A stretch of DNA of 64,000 nt from Enoplolaimus lenunculus. Lineage: Eukaryota. Below are positions 13,001 through 24,582 of the stretch, one piece after another (position 1 is the stretch's first letter; every line of letters starts with the position of its first letter). Made by a program: the position numbers and the translations under genes. Under the pieces are notes generated by a model. It was not told where the DNA came from. It ran no database searches and worked only from the letters and a program-made list of their open reading frames with translations. Where the stretch lies: contig JASANG010000727.1 in the NCBI GenBank assembly GCA_030248215.1, forward strand, positions 62,001-126,000, written 5' to 3'.

Positions 13001-16000
13001 GACCGCAAAACGAACCAGCGAACGAGAGTGAATTCTAATTACAGTACAATATGTTAACGGACATTTTTTACGTGGGGGAATGCAAACCGTAGCGCAACCG
13101 CGGAAGAATTTTCAACAAGGTGTCTATTATAGTATTAAACGCAATTCAAACGTGCAAGTTTTTACAACGACAACTTGCAGCTCACAAGTGTTTTCAAAAA
13201 CCCATTAATCAAATTGCAACGGCAATTTGCAGCTGCCAGTTTTCGCTGGAAACACTTGCACGTGCAAGTTACAGTTGCAAATTTTACACGCATATATACA
13301 CTTACGTGTGTAAATTGCAGCTGCGAATTCTGGATGCAAAAACTTGCGTTTGTGTGGTATGGGGCTTATACTATAATAGTTAGTATAAAACCGTTTCGTT
13401 TCAGATAATCGCCAACTACAGCGTTGGTTTCGGTTGGACAAGTAGCAGCGGTCAAATTGAAGGTAATCTTAAAGGACTAAATTTGACCGCACTGATCGCA
13501 ATCCGCCAAGGCCGTTCCAGCGAACCACATTTCGACATCGTCAGCTGTACATCAAACATCACCGATATAGCGCTGGAATTTAAAGGATCGTGGGCAAGTT
13601 TTGTCGGCAATTCCGTGTCCGATATTATCTCGTGGTACATCAAAGACTATTTGTCAGGAATGCTATGTGCTCTATTTCGTAACGCAACTATGGAACCGGA
13701 ACCGAGCAGTGCTATGGTGGCCAACGAAAGCAATCCGGAAGACGAACCAAGTTACTGCGAAACACACGACGCTTATACAAATGTCGGCGGTCCTGTCGCT
13801 ATAAATCAAGGTGAAACCGGAAGTGATTTTTCGGTCAATTTCAGCTTGAACCATGAACCGTTTTTTTCACGAAAAACAGCGGCGTTATTTTTAAACGGGT
13901 AAGTTTTGTTGGTCTCGCTTAGCAACGTCTACTGCAGCTTTAATTATGGGTCTTGAACTTGATTCTCAACTGTGTGTAGCACCTATCATCTGTTAGTAAT
14001 TGGTTTTCAACCAAGCGAACTGCGGCATCTGCTGATCTGAAAATCAACACAACTAATTTTAAGCGTTAAACTGTGCTAAATTTCAAATTTCACTGCTCAC
14101 TATTTTTCGAGTTAAAATACACATATTTGAAAATACAACTAATTAAGTGAACCGGTTAACAATAAAATTTAAATAAAATTACCCTAATCCTAAGCCGAAG
14201 CCTAAGCCGAAGCCTAAGCCTAAGCCTAAGCCTAAGCCTAAGCCTAAAGTGTCAACTTAAAAAATTATTCAATCTATTTCTCCACTTTTAAATTGAATAG
14301 AAGATAAGCAAGGCGCATTGTGCTTAACCCAAACTTTCAAATACCAACAATCAAAAATCAGCACATTTCTTAAGTCAGAAAAATACACGAAACATTTATA
14401 TTTATGAAATTAAACGAATCTTCACATGACCCCCGATCCGAAATTAAAAACATTGGCGGTGAGCATAGAACAGAAAACACGAAGCAATGATGCGTGACTT
14501 TCGTAAATTCTTAAACGAATAGGAACATTAGGTTCGTTTGCAAGTTTTCGAACCAAACCTACAGGCTGCGAATCCGCAAAATTGTTGCCAGAGCCCGTAT
14601 TCTCAAATGTGTGTAGCACCTATTACCAGCTGTTGGCAGGTTTTGTAACTTTCGAACCAGGGAATGGTGAGATTTAAAATTCAGCACATTTATTGTATTC
14701 GATTTACTCAATTACATCTGTGCTAATTTTGAGATCTACAATTGCAACAGTTCGTTTGTTTGAAGACTATTACTATAAGGTAATATCTGCTATATGCATT
14801 TGAGAATATGGGACCTACTATCTAACAACATCTATACAAATACATCTTACCAGTTTGGGTTGGAAACAGGCTACAACCGGAAGTCTGCCTCCGGCTCCAG
14901 CTCCGGTAGAATTTTTGCCGGAGGTTTCGGCAATTCTGGTAGTAAAATTTTGCATAATTTTGCAAAATTTATCTGTTAAGCGCGTTTTGCTTCACTTTTG
15001 TTACAATTTTCAGGAAACAATTTCCGAAATTTCGCACAAAAATTAGCGCAAAACCAAACAACTTAACTACATATTGCAGATATTGGCTAAAATTAACTTA
15101 ATTAACCATTATTTTTATACTACCTAATTTCGCCTCACTTCCGGTTCCGACTCCGGCAAGTTTCGTTGTCCTCCGGCGCCGCCTCCGGTATTTTTCAGCT
15201 CCGATTGCACACTGGTTGCAAAGTAAAAATTCGATGCCCAAATGTTTCGTAGACAATACCTTATTGTAGTAACACTTAGGAATGTCCAGTTTTCAAAAAA
15301 ATTTGACTGTCAACTGTTACATCAAAGTCAATTTCAGAAGCATCCTGTACACTGGCACCAAGCGTCAAATATACCGCGCCCCACCGGTTCAAGTCCGCAG
15401 TGTGCCAATTTATCATACCTCAAACGCAGACTATATGATCCGAGTTACAATTACCGATTACGTTGGTAACAGTTTTTTCAATCACGTCTTCAAATACAAT
15501 ATGGCAATTGTTAATAAAACCGTATCCGCACGAAAGTTACCAAAAATGCTCTGGGGTGCCGCCGGCTATTTTTGTCGCAATTGTCAAGCGCTAGTTCAAG
15601 GCGGCATGACCGCACCGCCTGAGCTTAGCATTGAACCGGGTCGCGGTGTTCGACTGGGGATTCATGGTTGGATACGCAGTATGCTGTATGCATTTTATCG
15701 TCGTACAGAACTGTTTCAGGTAACGTAATAAAAGACAAACAGCGCCGGGTTAAAGGTGGTGCGATGCCCAGGGTTTGTAAATGTAGCAGCCAGGGTTCAA
15801 CCGGAATTCGTGTTCCGGCCGGAATTCTTGCAAAAATTCAATTCTTGTTCCTGCTTTCAAAGACATGCAGCAAAACCGGGATTTGTACGATTTTGGTAAA
15901 TTATTCATAATCGTCTAAATATTTGAAACTTTGTCTTTAAAAAGCTGTTATGTCGAATTGAGTGGTTTTGCAGCTACGTAGTTCAAAAAATGTGATGTGT

Positions 16001-19000
16001 TTTCGCTCAACTTTGTAATGAAATAGCTAAAAATTCGCTTAAGCCATTTGTTGGCTACTGTTCAAAAATGTCCCGCAAGTAATTCGGTGATCAAAATTTT
16101 ATCTCCCATTCCAGTTCCTGTCCTGTTCCGGTTCCTGCACAAAAAATTAAACTCCTGTTGCGGTAAAACTTAGTTCCTGTTAAAACCCTGGCAGCAGCAC
16201 TTTTATTAACCATTTCCTGTTCGTGTTCCGGTTCCTGCAAAATAGTTCAAATCCTGTTCTCTTAAAATTTAGTTCCTGTTGTAACCCTAGCAGCCCTTTT
16301 ATTAACCATTTTTATTTTATATTCCAAAGCTTAAACCCGACAAAACCGACTTTCGTAGTTTGCTATGCTTACTTCTGCTAGTATTTGTTTGCATTTTTTA
16401 AATTTAATACATAACACCTTAAGCTTTTTTCTGTGTATAAATCCAGCATATACTAACCCAATTTAGACAGAGGATCCGCCGGTATCTTACACATCGGATG
16501 AGGTTTCGACAATTTTCGAAGGCACAATTTCATTGTGATCACTATGGAACGGGTCAAAGAATGCCTAACATATTCAATCAGATAAAGTATGCGAAATAAA
16601 TATTAGTCAAAGTCAACACAGTTGCACAACTCTCATAATGTACTGGACGGACGGCTGGTATATTAAATCTGTAACATGTTATTAAACAAGCCTACCACAG
16701 AACTAAATATATATAATAGTTTATTAGAATTGCTGTACTGTCAGACTTGATTACTCCTGCGCTGGAATGGTGTACAAAACACGTATATGTGGCGTTCCAG
16801 CTTTAATATGGTTTATTAGAATTACTGTACTGTCAGACTTGATTACTCCTGCGCTGGAATGCTGTCCAAAACACGTATGTTGGGCGTTCCAGCTTTAACA
16901 TATAGATAGTTTATTAGAATTGCTGTACTGTCAGACTTGATTACTCCTGCGCTGGAATGCTGTCCAAAACACGTATGTGGGGCGTTCCAGCTTTAACATA
17001 TAGATAGTTAATTAGAATTACTGTACTATCAGACTTGTTTACTCCTGCGCTGGAACGTTGTCCAAAACACGTGAGTATGTGGGAGTTAGAATTACTGTAC
17101 TGTCAGACTTGTTTACTCCTGCGCTGGAACGTTGTCCAAAACACGTATGTATGTGGGGCGTTCCAGCTTTAACATATAGATAGTTAGTTAGAATTACTGT
17201 ACTGTCAGACTTGTTTACTCCTGCGCTGGAACGTTGTCCAAAACACGTATGTATGTGGGGCGTTCCAGCTTTAACATATAGATAGTTAGAATTACTGTAC
17301 TATCAGACTTGTTTACTCCTGCGCTGGAACGTTGTCCAAAACACGTGAGTATGTGGGAGTTAGAATTACTGTACTGTCAGACTTGTTTACTCCTGCGCTG
17401 GAACGTTGTCCAAAACACGTATGTATGTGGGGCGTTCCAGCTTTAACATATAGATAGTTAGTTAGAATTACTGTACTATCAGACTTGTTTACTCCTGCGC
17501 TGGAACGTTGTCCAAAACACGTATGTATGTGGGGCGTTCCAGCTTTAACATATAGATAGTTAGAATTACTGTACTGTCAGACTTGTTTACTCCTGCGCTG
17601 GAACGTTGTCCAAAACACGTATGTATGTGGGGCGTTGCAGCTTTAACATATAGATAGTTAGTTAGAATTACTGTACTGTCGGACTTGTTTACTCCTGCGC
17701 TGGAACGTTGTCCAAAACACGTATGTATGTGGGGCGTTCCAGCTTTAACATATAGATAGTTAGTTAGAATTACTGTACTGTCAGACTTGTTTACTCCTGC
17801 GCTGGAACGTTGTCCAAAACACGTATGTATGTGGGGCTTTCCAGCTTTAACATATAGATAGTTAGAATTACTGTACTGTCAGACTTGTTTACTCCTGCGC
17901 TGGAACGTTGTCCAAAACACATATGTATGTGGGGCGTTCCAGCTTTAACATATAGATAGTTAGTTAGAATTACTGTACTGTCAGACTTGTTTACTCCTGC
18001 GCTGGAACGTTGTCCAAAACACGTATGTATGTGGGGCGTTGCATCTTTAACATATAGATAGTTAGTTAGAATTACTGTAAAGTCGGACTTGATTACTCCT
18101 GCGCTGGAATGCTGTCCAAAACACGTATGTTGGGCGTTCCAACTTTAACATATAGATAGTTAATTAGAATTACTGTACTGTCAGACTTCATTACTCTTGC
18201 GCTGGAATGCTGTCTAAAACACGTATGTGGGGCGTTCCAGCTCTAATATGGTTAATTAGATTTACTGTACTGTCAGACTTCATTACTCTGCGCTGGAATG
18301 CTGTCCAAAACACGTATGTGGAGCGTTACAGCTTTAATATATAAATAACTAGCCCACAACCACTGTGCTACAAATTTTACAGCGGTGTTCAGGAACGTAG
18401 TTAACATTTTTGGAAAGGGATTACGTTCCATTAAAAATGTCAAAAGGGATTTCCTGAGTTAACAGCTGAGACAACGCGTCCGTAAATTTTTGGACAATCA
18501 AAGATTCGGTTTGACCATAAGCACCGCTCATTGCGGCGTGGATCAACGGGTACGTTTGTATTTTAGGTCAAAACCTTGCTCGGAGTCAATGTGTACCCGT
18601 ACGTGCTCAATCAACGCTTATTCGCTGACACTCTCCTCCACGATATCCGCATTAATACACGTGATGCACGCGGTTCGCTAAGTAAAGTATTCGGATTTTC
18701 TATGAAAGGCCTTGTCGGCGTTCTCAAAACTTTCCTGCCGGCCCAAATCCGGCCACCAGTCCAACGTGATCTACGACGAGTCTTTGGCCGATCCGGCGGC
18801 GGTATGCCGTTGCCTGCGTTTTGTGGCCTCAGCTTTGTTCGACCCAAAATACACTACGTTCGCGACGCGTTAGTGATTGATATGGATTTACGATACGACA
18901 CTCGACCGCTTGTACAAATGCTCCGACAAATCATCGAAACTGGAGGACAATCCAAAATTACCGACGCTGCGAGTACTCAACTGAAACACCAACGTGAGCG

Positions 19001-22000
19001 GCAGCGAGAGCGACTGCGCTGATGATGCGGCAACAAATTTATTTGTTTTGTATATTTGCATAAATACTGATTTTGGTTGATTTTAATATTTTCTGATGGC
19101 ATTTTCGTCGTTTATAGCTTTCCATGACTGAACCGGATACTAAAAAAATTGTCGTTGATATGATTTGATACAAACCGGTCCACTGCTGACTATTTTAGAC
19201 ACAAAAAATTAATTACATGTCACATAGGCTGTTTTAATTGGTTCAATGGTTCTAAAAGCTCCAATTGGCCCGTTTGGTCTTTTGTTTGGCTTTTAGGCTT
19301 AGGCTTAGGCTTAAGAATATGCTCATTGTTACGCTTAGGCTTAGGCTTTGGCTTAGCCTTTGGAATATGTTTATAATACTGTTCCGCTCCTGTTCTTTAC
19401 ATTGGCCAAAGATTCTGACGCTTTCAGATTTTGGCAAAACATAGGATTAGGATTTAATCATGTTGTAATGTAAGTGAACAAAGGTCCGGCAATTGTACTG
19501 ATTGGGCAGGTCAACACCGTTACAAAATATGATTTGTCAGAATACAGTAAACATAAGAGTGTCAAATGAAACTTGAATATAACCAGTGGCCGACACGGAA
19601 TTTTTTGACGGATGTGAGCAAAATTTAAACTGTATCAAAACCACGCAAGCACCAATTATCTTACCATAAAAAATTTTCTGACTGGAGTACGCTCCCCACC
19701 CTCTGGATCCGCCCCTGAACATAAAAGGCCCGCACTGGATAGTCTTCGAGCCCGTAGCCAAGGGGGGCTCAACCCCACTTGAAAAATTTTGCCCCCCCCC
19801 TTGAAAAAATTTCAACCTTGCTTGTAAGTCAACGAAAACCCTTGAATGCCCCTCCTGAACAATTTTTAACCCTCCCCCTAGCATACACACAAAAAGTATT
19901 TCTGAATTTATTCAGAAAAGTGTTTTCTGTGGCAAATCTGAAAAGTTTTGCTGATATTTAAGACAATTTTTTTAAAAATAACTGGAAAACGTTTATTTTC
20001 AGACTTTGAAAACCAGGGTGCAACCGGAATTCCGGTTCCGGTTCCGGTTCGGGCATTTTTTCACCTTCCGGTTCCGGTTCCGGTAAATTTTTACCGGATT
20101 TAAAAATTCCGGTGTTAAAATTTGGCCGTTTTCTTAACTTTGCTAATTTTTAAGAATCTCTTTTGAAAGCCACCTGTACTTCGAATATAAGCCATTGATG
20201 GTGGATTTCACTTCAGTCGATCATGAAAATCTAAAATACAACAAATAAAATAAATACCTATGTTCGATTAAGGTTATTTCACAAATAATAGAGCAAAAAA
20301 TAAGATTAAAATGAAATTTTTGGTGAAATGCATTTTTAACTTTCCGGTTCCGGTTCCGGTAAATTGTAATTCCGGTTGCACCCTGTTGAAAACATTTCTG
20401 TTATAACAGAAATACTTTTCAAGTGCACCTTGCTAATCATATTTCTCAAATGTAAGAAATTGTTTCTTAAATATCAGAAATATTATTTTGAGTGTAGGTG
20501 AGCTGGCTACGGGCCAGATAGCCTCTACAGTAATTAATAAAAAACTATGCTTAAGAATATGGAACAGTAAGGGTTGCACTCTACTCACCGTGCGCAGCCG
20601 GACGCCTCCCAGCGCACGGTACAGTAAACTCTTTTTATTAAAACCTCATCGCACGCCACTAAATTAGGTTTTGCGCCTATATTTTTGTTAGCAACACAGG
20701 GGCGTACGACGACCCAAGACAGCGTTTGGAACAGTAAAATATAGACGCAACTAGACTGCAAAAAATGGTGAGTCAAATTGACTCTCTCCGAAATAGGCTT
20801 TTCCGGACTACACAACCTGAGTCAAAGTTCGATTCCGCCAGAGTAAAATTCGACTAACTGAGTCACTCGGTGAGTCGAATTTGACTCTGAGGGAGTAGCA
20901 TTTGACTCAGTTTGTGTAGTCCGGAAAAGCCTATTTCGGAGAGAGCCAATTTGACCCCGCATTTTTTGCAGTGTATAACAACGAACAACAAAACATATAA
21001 ATCATTAATTATCAGTAGTCCTTGCGCTAACTTGAAGCCTCATAATGAAAAAATTGTACAAAAAATAGGTTTACTTAAGGCATGTTAACTCTCTAGCCCC
21101 CCACCCAACACATCAACGCAACACATCGCCAAAACGATTTGCACTTAAGCAGTGTTGTGTTTAAAACATATGACAAACGGAAAACATCAATAAAATACTC
21201 AAATGAACGTTTAAGACAAAGCGCTTTTAAACCAGATATGGACCGATGTTACTTTTAGGGCCGTAACAGTAGATTAAGCGTATATTCCTAAGCCTTAGCC
21301 TAAACCGAAGTGATGCAAAAGCGTATCTCTAAGCCTAATCCCAAGCCTAAGCAAAAAATGCATATAGTCTAGAATGTAAACTTACTCTTTTACAGACCCA
21401 CCATAAACCGGGACGGCGCTAAAAGTAACATAGGCCGCAATTGAAATATACTAACACCAATTCTGAACACTAGTACAAGTCGAGATAATTTCTTAGGATA
21501 AGCATAGCCGCTTAGATTAAAGCTTAAACGGTGTAGCCAAAATATTACAAACTGGGTTGAAAAATTTCTTCTAATACCAACTGAAAACGTACCTGAAAAC
21601 TCACGGATAAAAATAGCAAATTGACCTAACAAACCGTATCTGTTATGCCTTTGGCATAAAGCAAAGATTTAATTGTAATATAATTCGCTAAAATTTTCTA
21701 GAAACCAAAATATCTAAACGTCATTGCCATCTAAACAATAAATTATTTAACATAACAACGTACCGTATTTCCAATTTTTCCTCGTAAGGCAAAACGCAAT
21801 CGGTCATTTGGTTATCAAGAATCAACCGTTGCTTGTCCCAGTAACCATTTTTGTGCAATACGTCCCAATGAACCTAAAATTTATATATTTGCTATTAACC
21901 TGACGCCCTAAGCCTAAGCCTAAAGTTTTATAACTAAAAAAACATTGCGAAAACAACCGAATTCAAACTAGAGACCATAATTTCAAATTGCTATAGCACT

Positions 22001-24460
22001 TATTGGCTGGGTTTTTGAAACCATACTTAAGTACGACTTAGGACTTAAGTACGTGTTAAAACCATTTTATCGTGTTTAAAATCTTGATTAAGCCAACTTA
22101 ATACTTAAGTCGCTGACTAAATTTGATATTTGATGTTACAGACTATAACAGCTCAGGCATACACACTTTAATCTAACTAAAACGACAGACTCGTGGTGGT
22201 TTTTAATATGAAGCAAACCTATCAAACCTATTAATTTTTTATTATGACTATGGCTCATTTTTGGCGTTTGTCTGTTTTTGTTCGAAAACTTAAGTATTTA
22301 CTTAAGTCGGCGACTTAAGTATAACTTAAATAAATACTTAAGTAACATTTCAGAAACCCAGCCAATTTAGCAATAGCTTTTCAAACTAACGAACTACAGC
22401 ATCTACAGTTCAAAACCTGTGCCGCTACACACAGTTGATTATATGTTGCAATTCTAAGTCAGTAACATTTTACATTTTAACTTTCAGTTAAAATTTATTT
22501 GAAACTTAGCGACCTACTGTAGTGACCCGAATAAGAGGGGGACTGATATTTATTTGGCCTCTCCAGAGATTAACTCACGCTCTGCCAACCTTCGTTACTG
22601 ATATATATCCGGTACTGCAACTATTCGTTGAATTAAACGTTTATTTGTCATGCGTCAATAGCTTGAGCGATCATGCAGGGTTATACTTAGGAATGTACTT
22701 TCAAAGCTTAAGTACGCTTTATATTTTTGAACGCAACTTTATTTGGTCCTGGAGTCATTTATGCACTACAATAACTGACCTTCATGGACTCTCATTAGTA
22801 TTTAGGGACTCTATCAGCTTACGGACTCTTATTAGGGATACGTACTCCTATTGATTGGGACTCAAAATGGTGACCCCCTCTCATTACCCCACACCCCCTT
22901 ATTCGTGTCACAACAGTACCAATCGTTTGAGTTCTATTAACATTTTGTAACAATTGAGTTCGAGAGTTTTTTACCGTTTATGCCGTTAAACAACCAGACA
23001 AAGTATAAACCAACTTGCCTGGTGTAATATTTCGTTTAATTGTTGCTCCGTTTCAGGCTTTTCTGGATATTTAAGCTTGATCAACCCGTATCCAGCAATA
23101 GCTAATACACCGGACGGTTTGAGCACGCGAATACATTCGTCATAAAATTTTGGCAAATCGAACCAGTGAGCAGATTGAATGCAAAATATTGCGTTCACTG
23201 AATTACTGTTCGATGGCAAAGATTCGCAAGACCCCAAACTTAAAAAAACTATGTATCTATCCGGGCCCGTAGTCAAGAGGAGGGGACAGGGGGGCTCAGC
23301 CCTCCCCCTGGAAAAATTTTAGCCCCCCCTAGCAAGGTGAGCTGGCTACGGGCCTGTATCTATCGTACATTTCAAAAAATTTCGTAGCACTGTAAATACT
23401 GCGAAAATTATTTGTATACTTATCATCGTCTCTTCTCGTATAGGCGTTATTGTAACAAAACAAATATAGATTTTACAGCGTCCGATATGCCAGACTTCAA
23501 ACCGGAACCGGACATCCGGTCGCTCGGTGCATACATGCAGCTCATTAAACAAAACCAGCGTCGCCGTGGACAACAAAAAAATAACCGTTTCATTTACCTG
23601 TAATGTATGTTCACAGCTGAATTTTCACGAGTCGCTTCGTTGATTTGCGTTTCGCTTGCATCGACTGCGATAACATTCGAGAACAACGCAGCGATTTTCG
23701 CCGTACTGAGTCCAGTGCCACAACCAACGTCGATTGCAGTATCCAACGGCTGCGCGGTGTTCTGAAAATAAAACGTTTCATAAATTCAAAATCGAACTTC
23801 AATGATTGGGGTCGATAAAATGCGTTGGCCCATGTTAGTTTAAGGTGCGTCCAGGTTTCTGGTGAGTCAATAAAAGCGTAGGTTTAGATTCTAGATTATA
23901 TTTTTCGCTTAGGCTTAGGCTTAGGATTATGAACACATTTTTGCAACGCTTAGGCTTAGGCTAAGGCTTAAGAATGCGCTTAATCTATTGTTACGCGCCT
24001 TAAGGTAACATTGGCCATGCTAACAGTAGTAAACGTAGTTGAACTCATGTGCAACTTTCCTAAAGTGCTGCGGTTTTACACGTTTCACATAGTGTATACT
24101 GCATCGAAAAACGCATTCGTTAACTAATACACGCTTTAATTCAGAGACTGCCTGTAATTTTATACTGAGTAATTTTTTGCACAACGATGTGTTACATGTC
24201 GTTAAAAACAATGTTTACTTTTGCTGGAACGGTGCCCAAAATACGTATATGGAGAGTTCCAACTTTAATAGCATAGATTATTAAGTTTTCATCAAAGATG
24301 TTTGACAAAAAGCACAATAAAATCTTAAACAAAATCAAGAGCCTACCTTTTGTCGAAGAAAAACGATGACTCGCTCGAGCACAGCATCAGGTAGAATCGG
24401 TCTTGTTTTGTTGTAAACCCTAGACACAGGGCCTTCAAATAATTTAGTTATTTTTGGCAT
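4040..24460 (-). CDS. Class I SAM-dependent methyltransferase (Methyltransf_11/25-like), 6 exons, ~277 aa
   Basis: Exons in transcript order: 24460-24347 (MPKITKLFEGPVSRVYNKTRP...), 23761-23598 (SAM motif I AIDVGCGTG, then VIAVDAS), 23238-23019 (QSAHWFD...FYDECIRVLKPSGVLA), 21873-21764 (GYWDKQRLILDN), 6747-6613 (FVDYIGTWSG), 4130-4040 (FPWFLLMCRKA*). Splice phases agree at every junction; total 834 nt. Intron 3 has a GC donor; intron 4 is ~15 kb. Confidence 0.85.
4530..5272. mobile_element. hAT-like MITE with expanded subterminal minisatellites
   Basis: Exact TSD CTTATAAA; termini ...AGTGTCGAT / ATCGACACATTCCTA; 29-bp tandem array ~4555-4830 and 35-bp array ~5105-5250. Confidence 0.75.
5684..5905. 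mobile_element. MITE family with CCCGTATTCTCA termini
   Basis: Inverted termini and a shared body; further copies at ~9885-10103, ~14594-14813, ~29224-29441 and a partial one near 13960. Confidence 0.6.
6094..6443. mobile_element. hAT-like MITE (CAGGGTGGCA termini)
   Basis: Exact TSD GTTTGTAC; GGATTC subterminal repeats; related fragments at ~39225-39415, ~47800-48085, ~52380-52756. Confidence 0.8.
7180..7582. mobile_element. Tc1/mariner-like MITE (TA flanks)
   Basis: TAGTGACCCGAATAAGAGG...CCTCTTATTCGGATCACTACAGTA termini; a second copy in the opposite orientation at 22515-22918. Confidence 0.7.
8159..8307. mobile_element. GGCC-terminal telomere-repeat MITE (subfamily A)
   Basis: Exact TSD AACTATTT. 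Confidence 0.85.
9137..9481. mobile_element. AT-rich MITE with TA flanks
   Basis: TACTCTCTAAAA...TTTTAGGGAGTA termini; internal AAACTAA/TTAGTTT motifs. Confidence 0.55.
9508..9662. mobile_element. GGCC-terminal telomere-repeat MITE (subfamily A)
   Basis: Exact TSD AAAAGTTT. Confidence 0.85.
12075..19022 (+). CDS. Secreted BPI/LBP/CETP-family lipid-binding protein, 4 exons, ~548 aa
   Basis: Exons 12075-12389, 13405-13898, 15338-15719, 18567-19022 join in frame through GT-AG sites (1647 nt). Hydrophobic signal-peptide-like N-terminus; GITLQITERSLWY resembles the BPI N-domain start; two Cys in exon 2 (IVSC...GMLC) could be the conserved disulfide; C-terminal GMPLP...FVRPKIHY...LVIDMD resembles the BPI C-domain end. 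Confidence 0.8.
12434..12672 (-). mobile_element. Solo LTR of the tRNA-containing TRIM
   Basis: Reverse complement is nearly identical to 41132-41367 end to end; flanks GAGTT/GGGTT (5-bp TSD with 1 mismatch); lies in intron 1 of the BPI gene. Confidence 0.75.
14183..14247. repeat. Interstitial telomeric (CCTAAG)n run
   Basis: About 10 near-perfect GCCTAA units; the longest uninterrupted run in the window. Confidence 0.9.
16716..18345. repeat. Tandem array of ~17 hairpin-containing units, mostly 92-102 bp with two of ~75 bp
   Basis: Unit AGAATTACTGTACTGTCAGACTTG...GCTGGAACG...CGTTCCAGC...; lies in intron 3 of the BPI gene. Confidence 0.95.
20014..20385. mobile_element. hAT-like MITE (CAGGGTGCAACCGGAATT termini)
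   Basis: Exact TSD TTGAAAAC; other copies at 36906-37235 (truncated), 41686-42442, 41771-42166, 56987-57390. Confidence 0.9.
22005..22363. mobile_element. MITE with TGGCTGGGTTT termini
   Basis: Inverted termini and ACTTAAGT-rich body; related copies at ~49525-49797, ~51308-51587 and a partial one at ~39600-39861. Confidence 0.65.
23262..23356. mobile_element. Short GC-rich hAT-like MITE
   Basis: GGCCCGTAG...CTACGGGCC termini; exact TSD TATCTATC; ends ~22 bp from the methyltransferase exon 3 acceptor. Confidence 0.75.
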
Positions 24461-24582
24461 AACAGATTTGAAAAATGAAAAAAATTAGAACTGACAATTT
24501 AAGCATGGACAAAATGTCACAACATACCCACATACAATTTAGCAACAGTGGGGCGAAACGGAATACCGACTCTGGTATGAAT

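Noticed and set aside
14183..14247. True chromosome end or telomere-fusion scar
   Set aside because: Short, single orientation and intronic, with both overlapping genes continuous across it.
16451..16590. Possible extra BPI exon after a TACTAAC branch-like motif
   Set aside because: Two frames contain stops and the third is not BPI-like; exon 3 joins the 18567 exon directly in frame.
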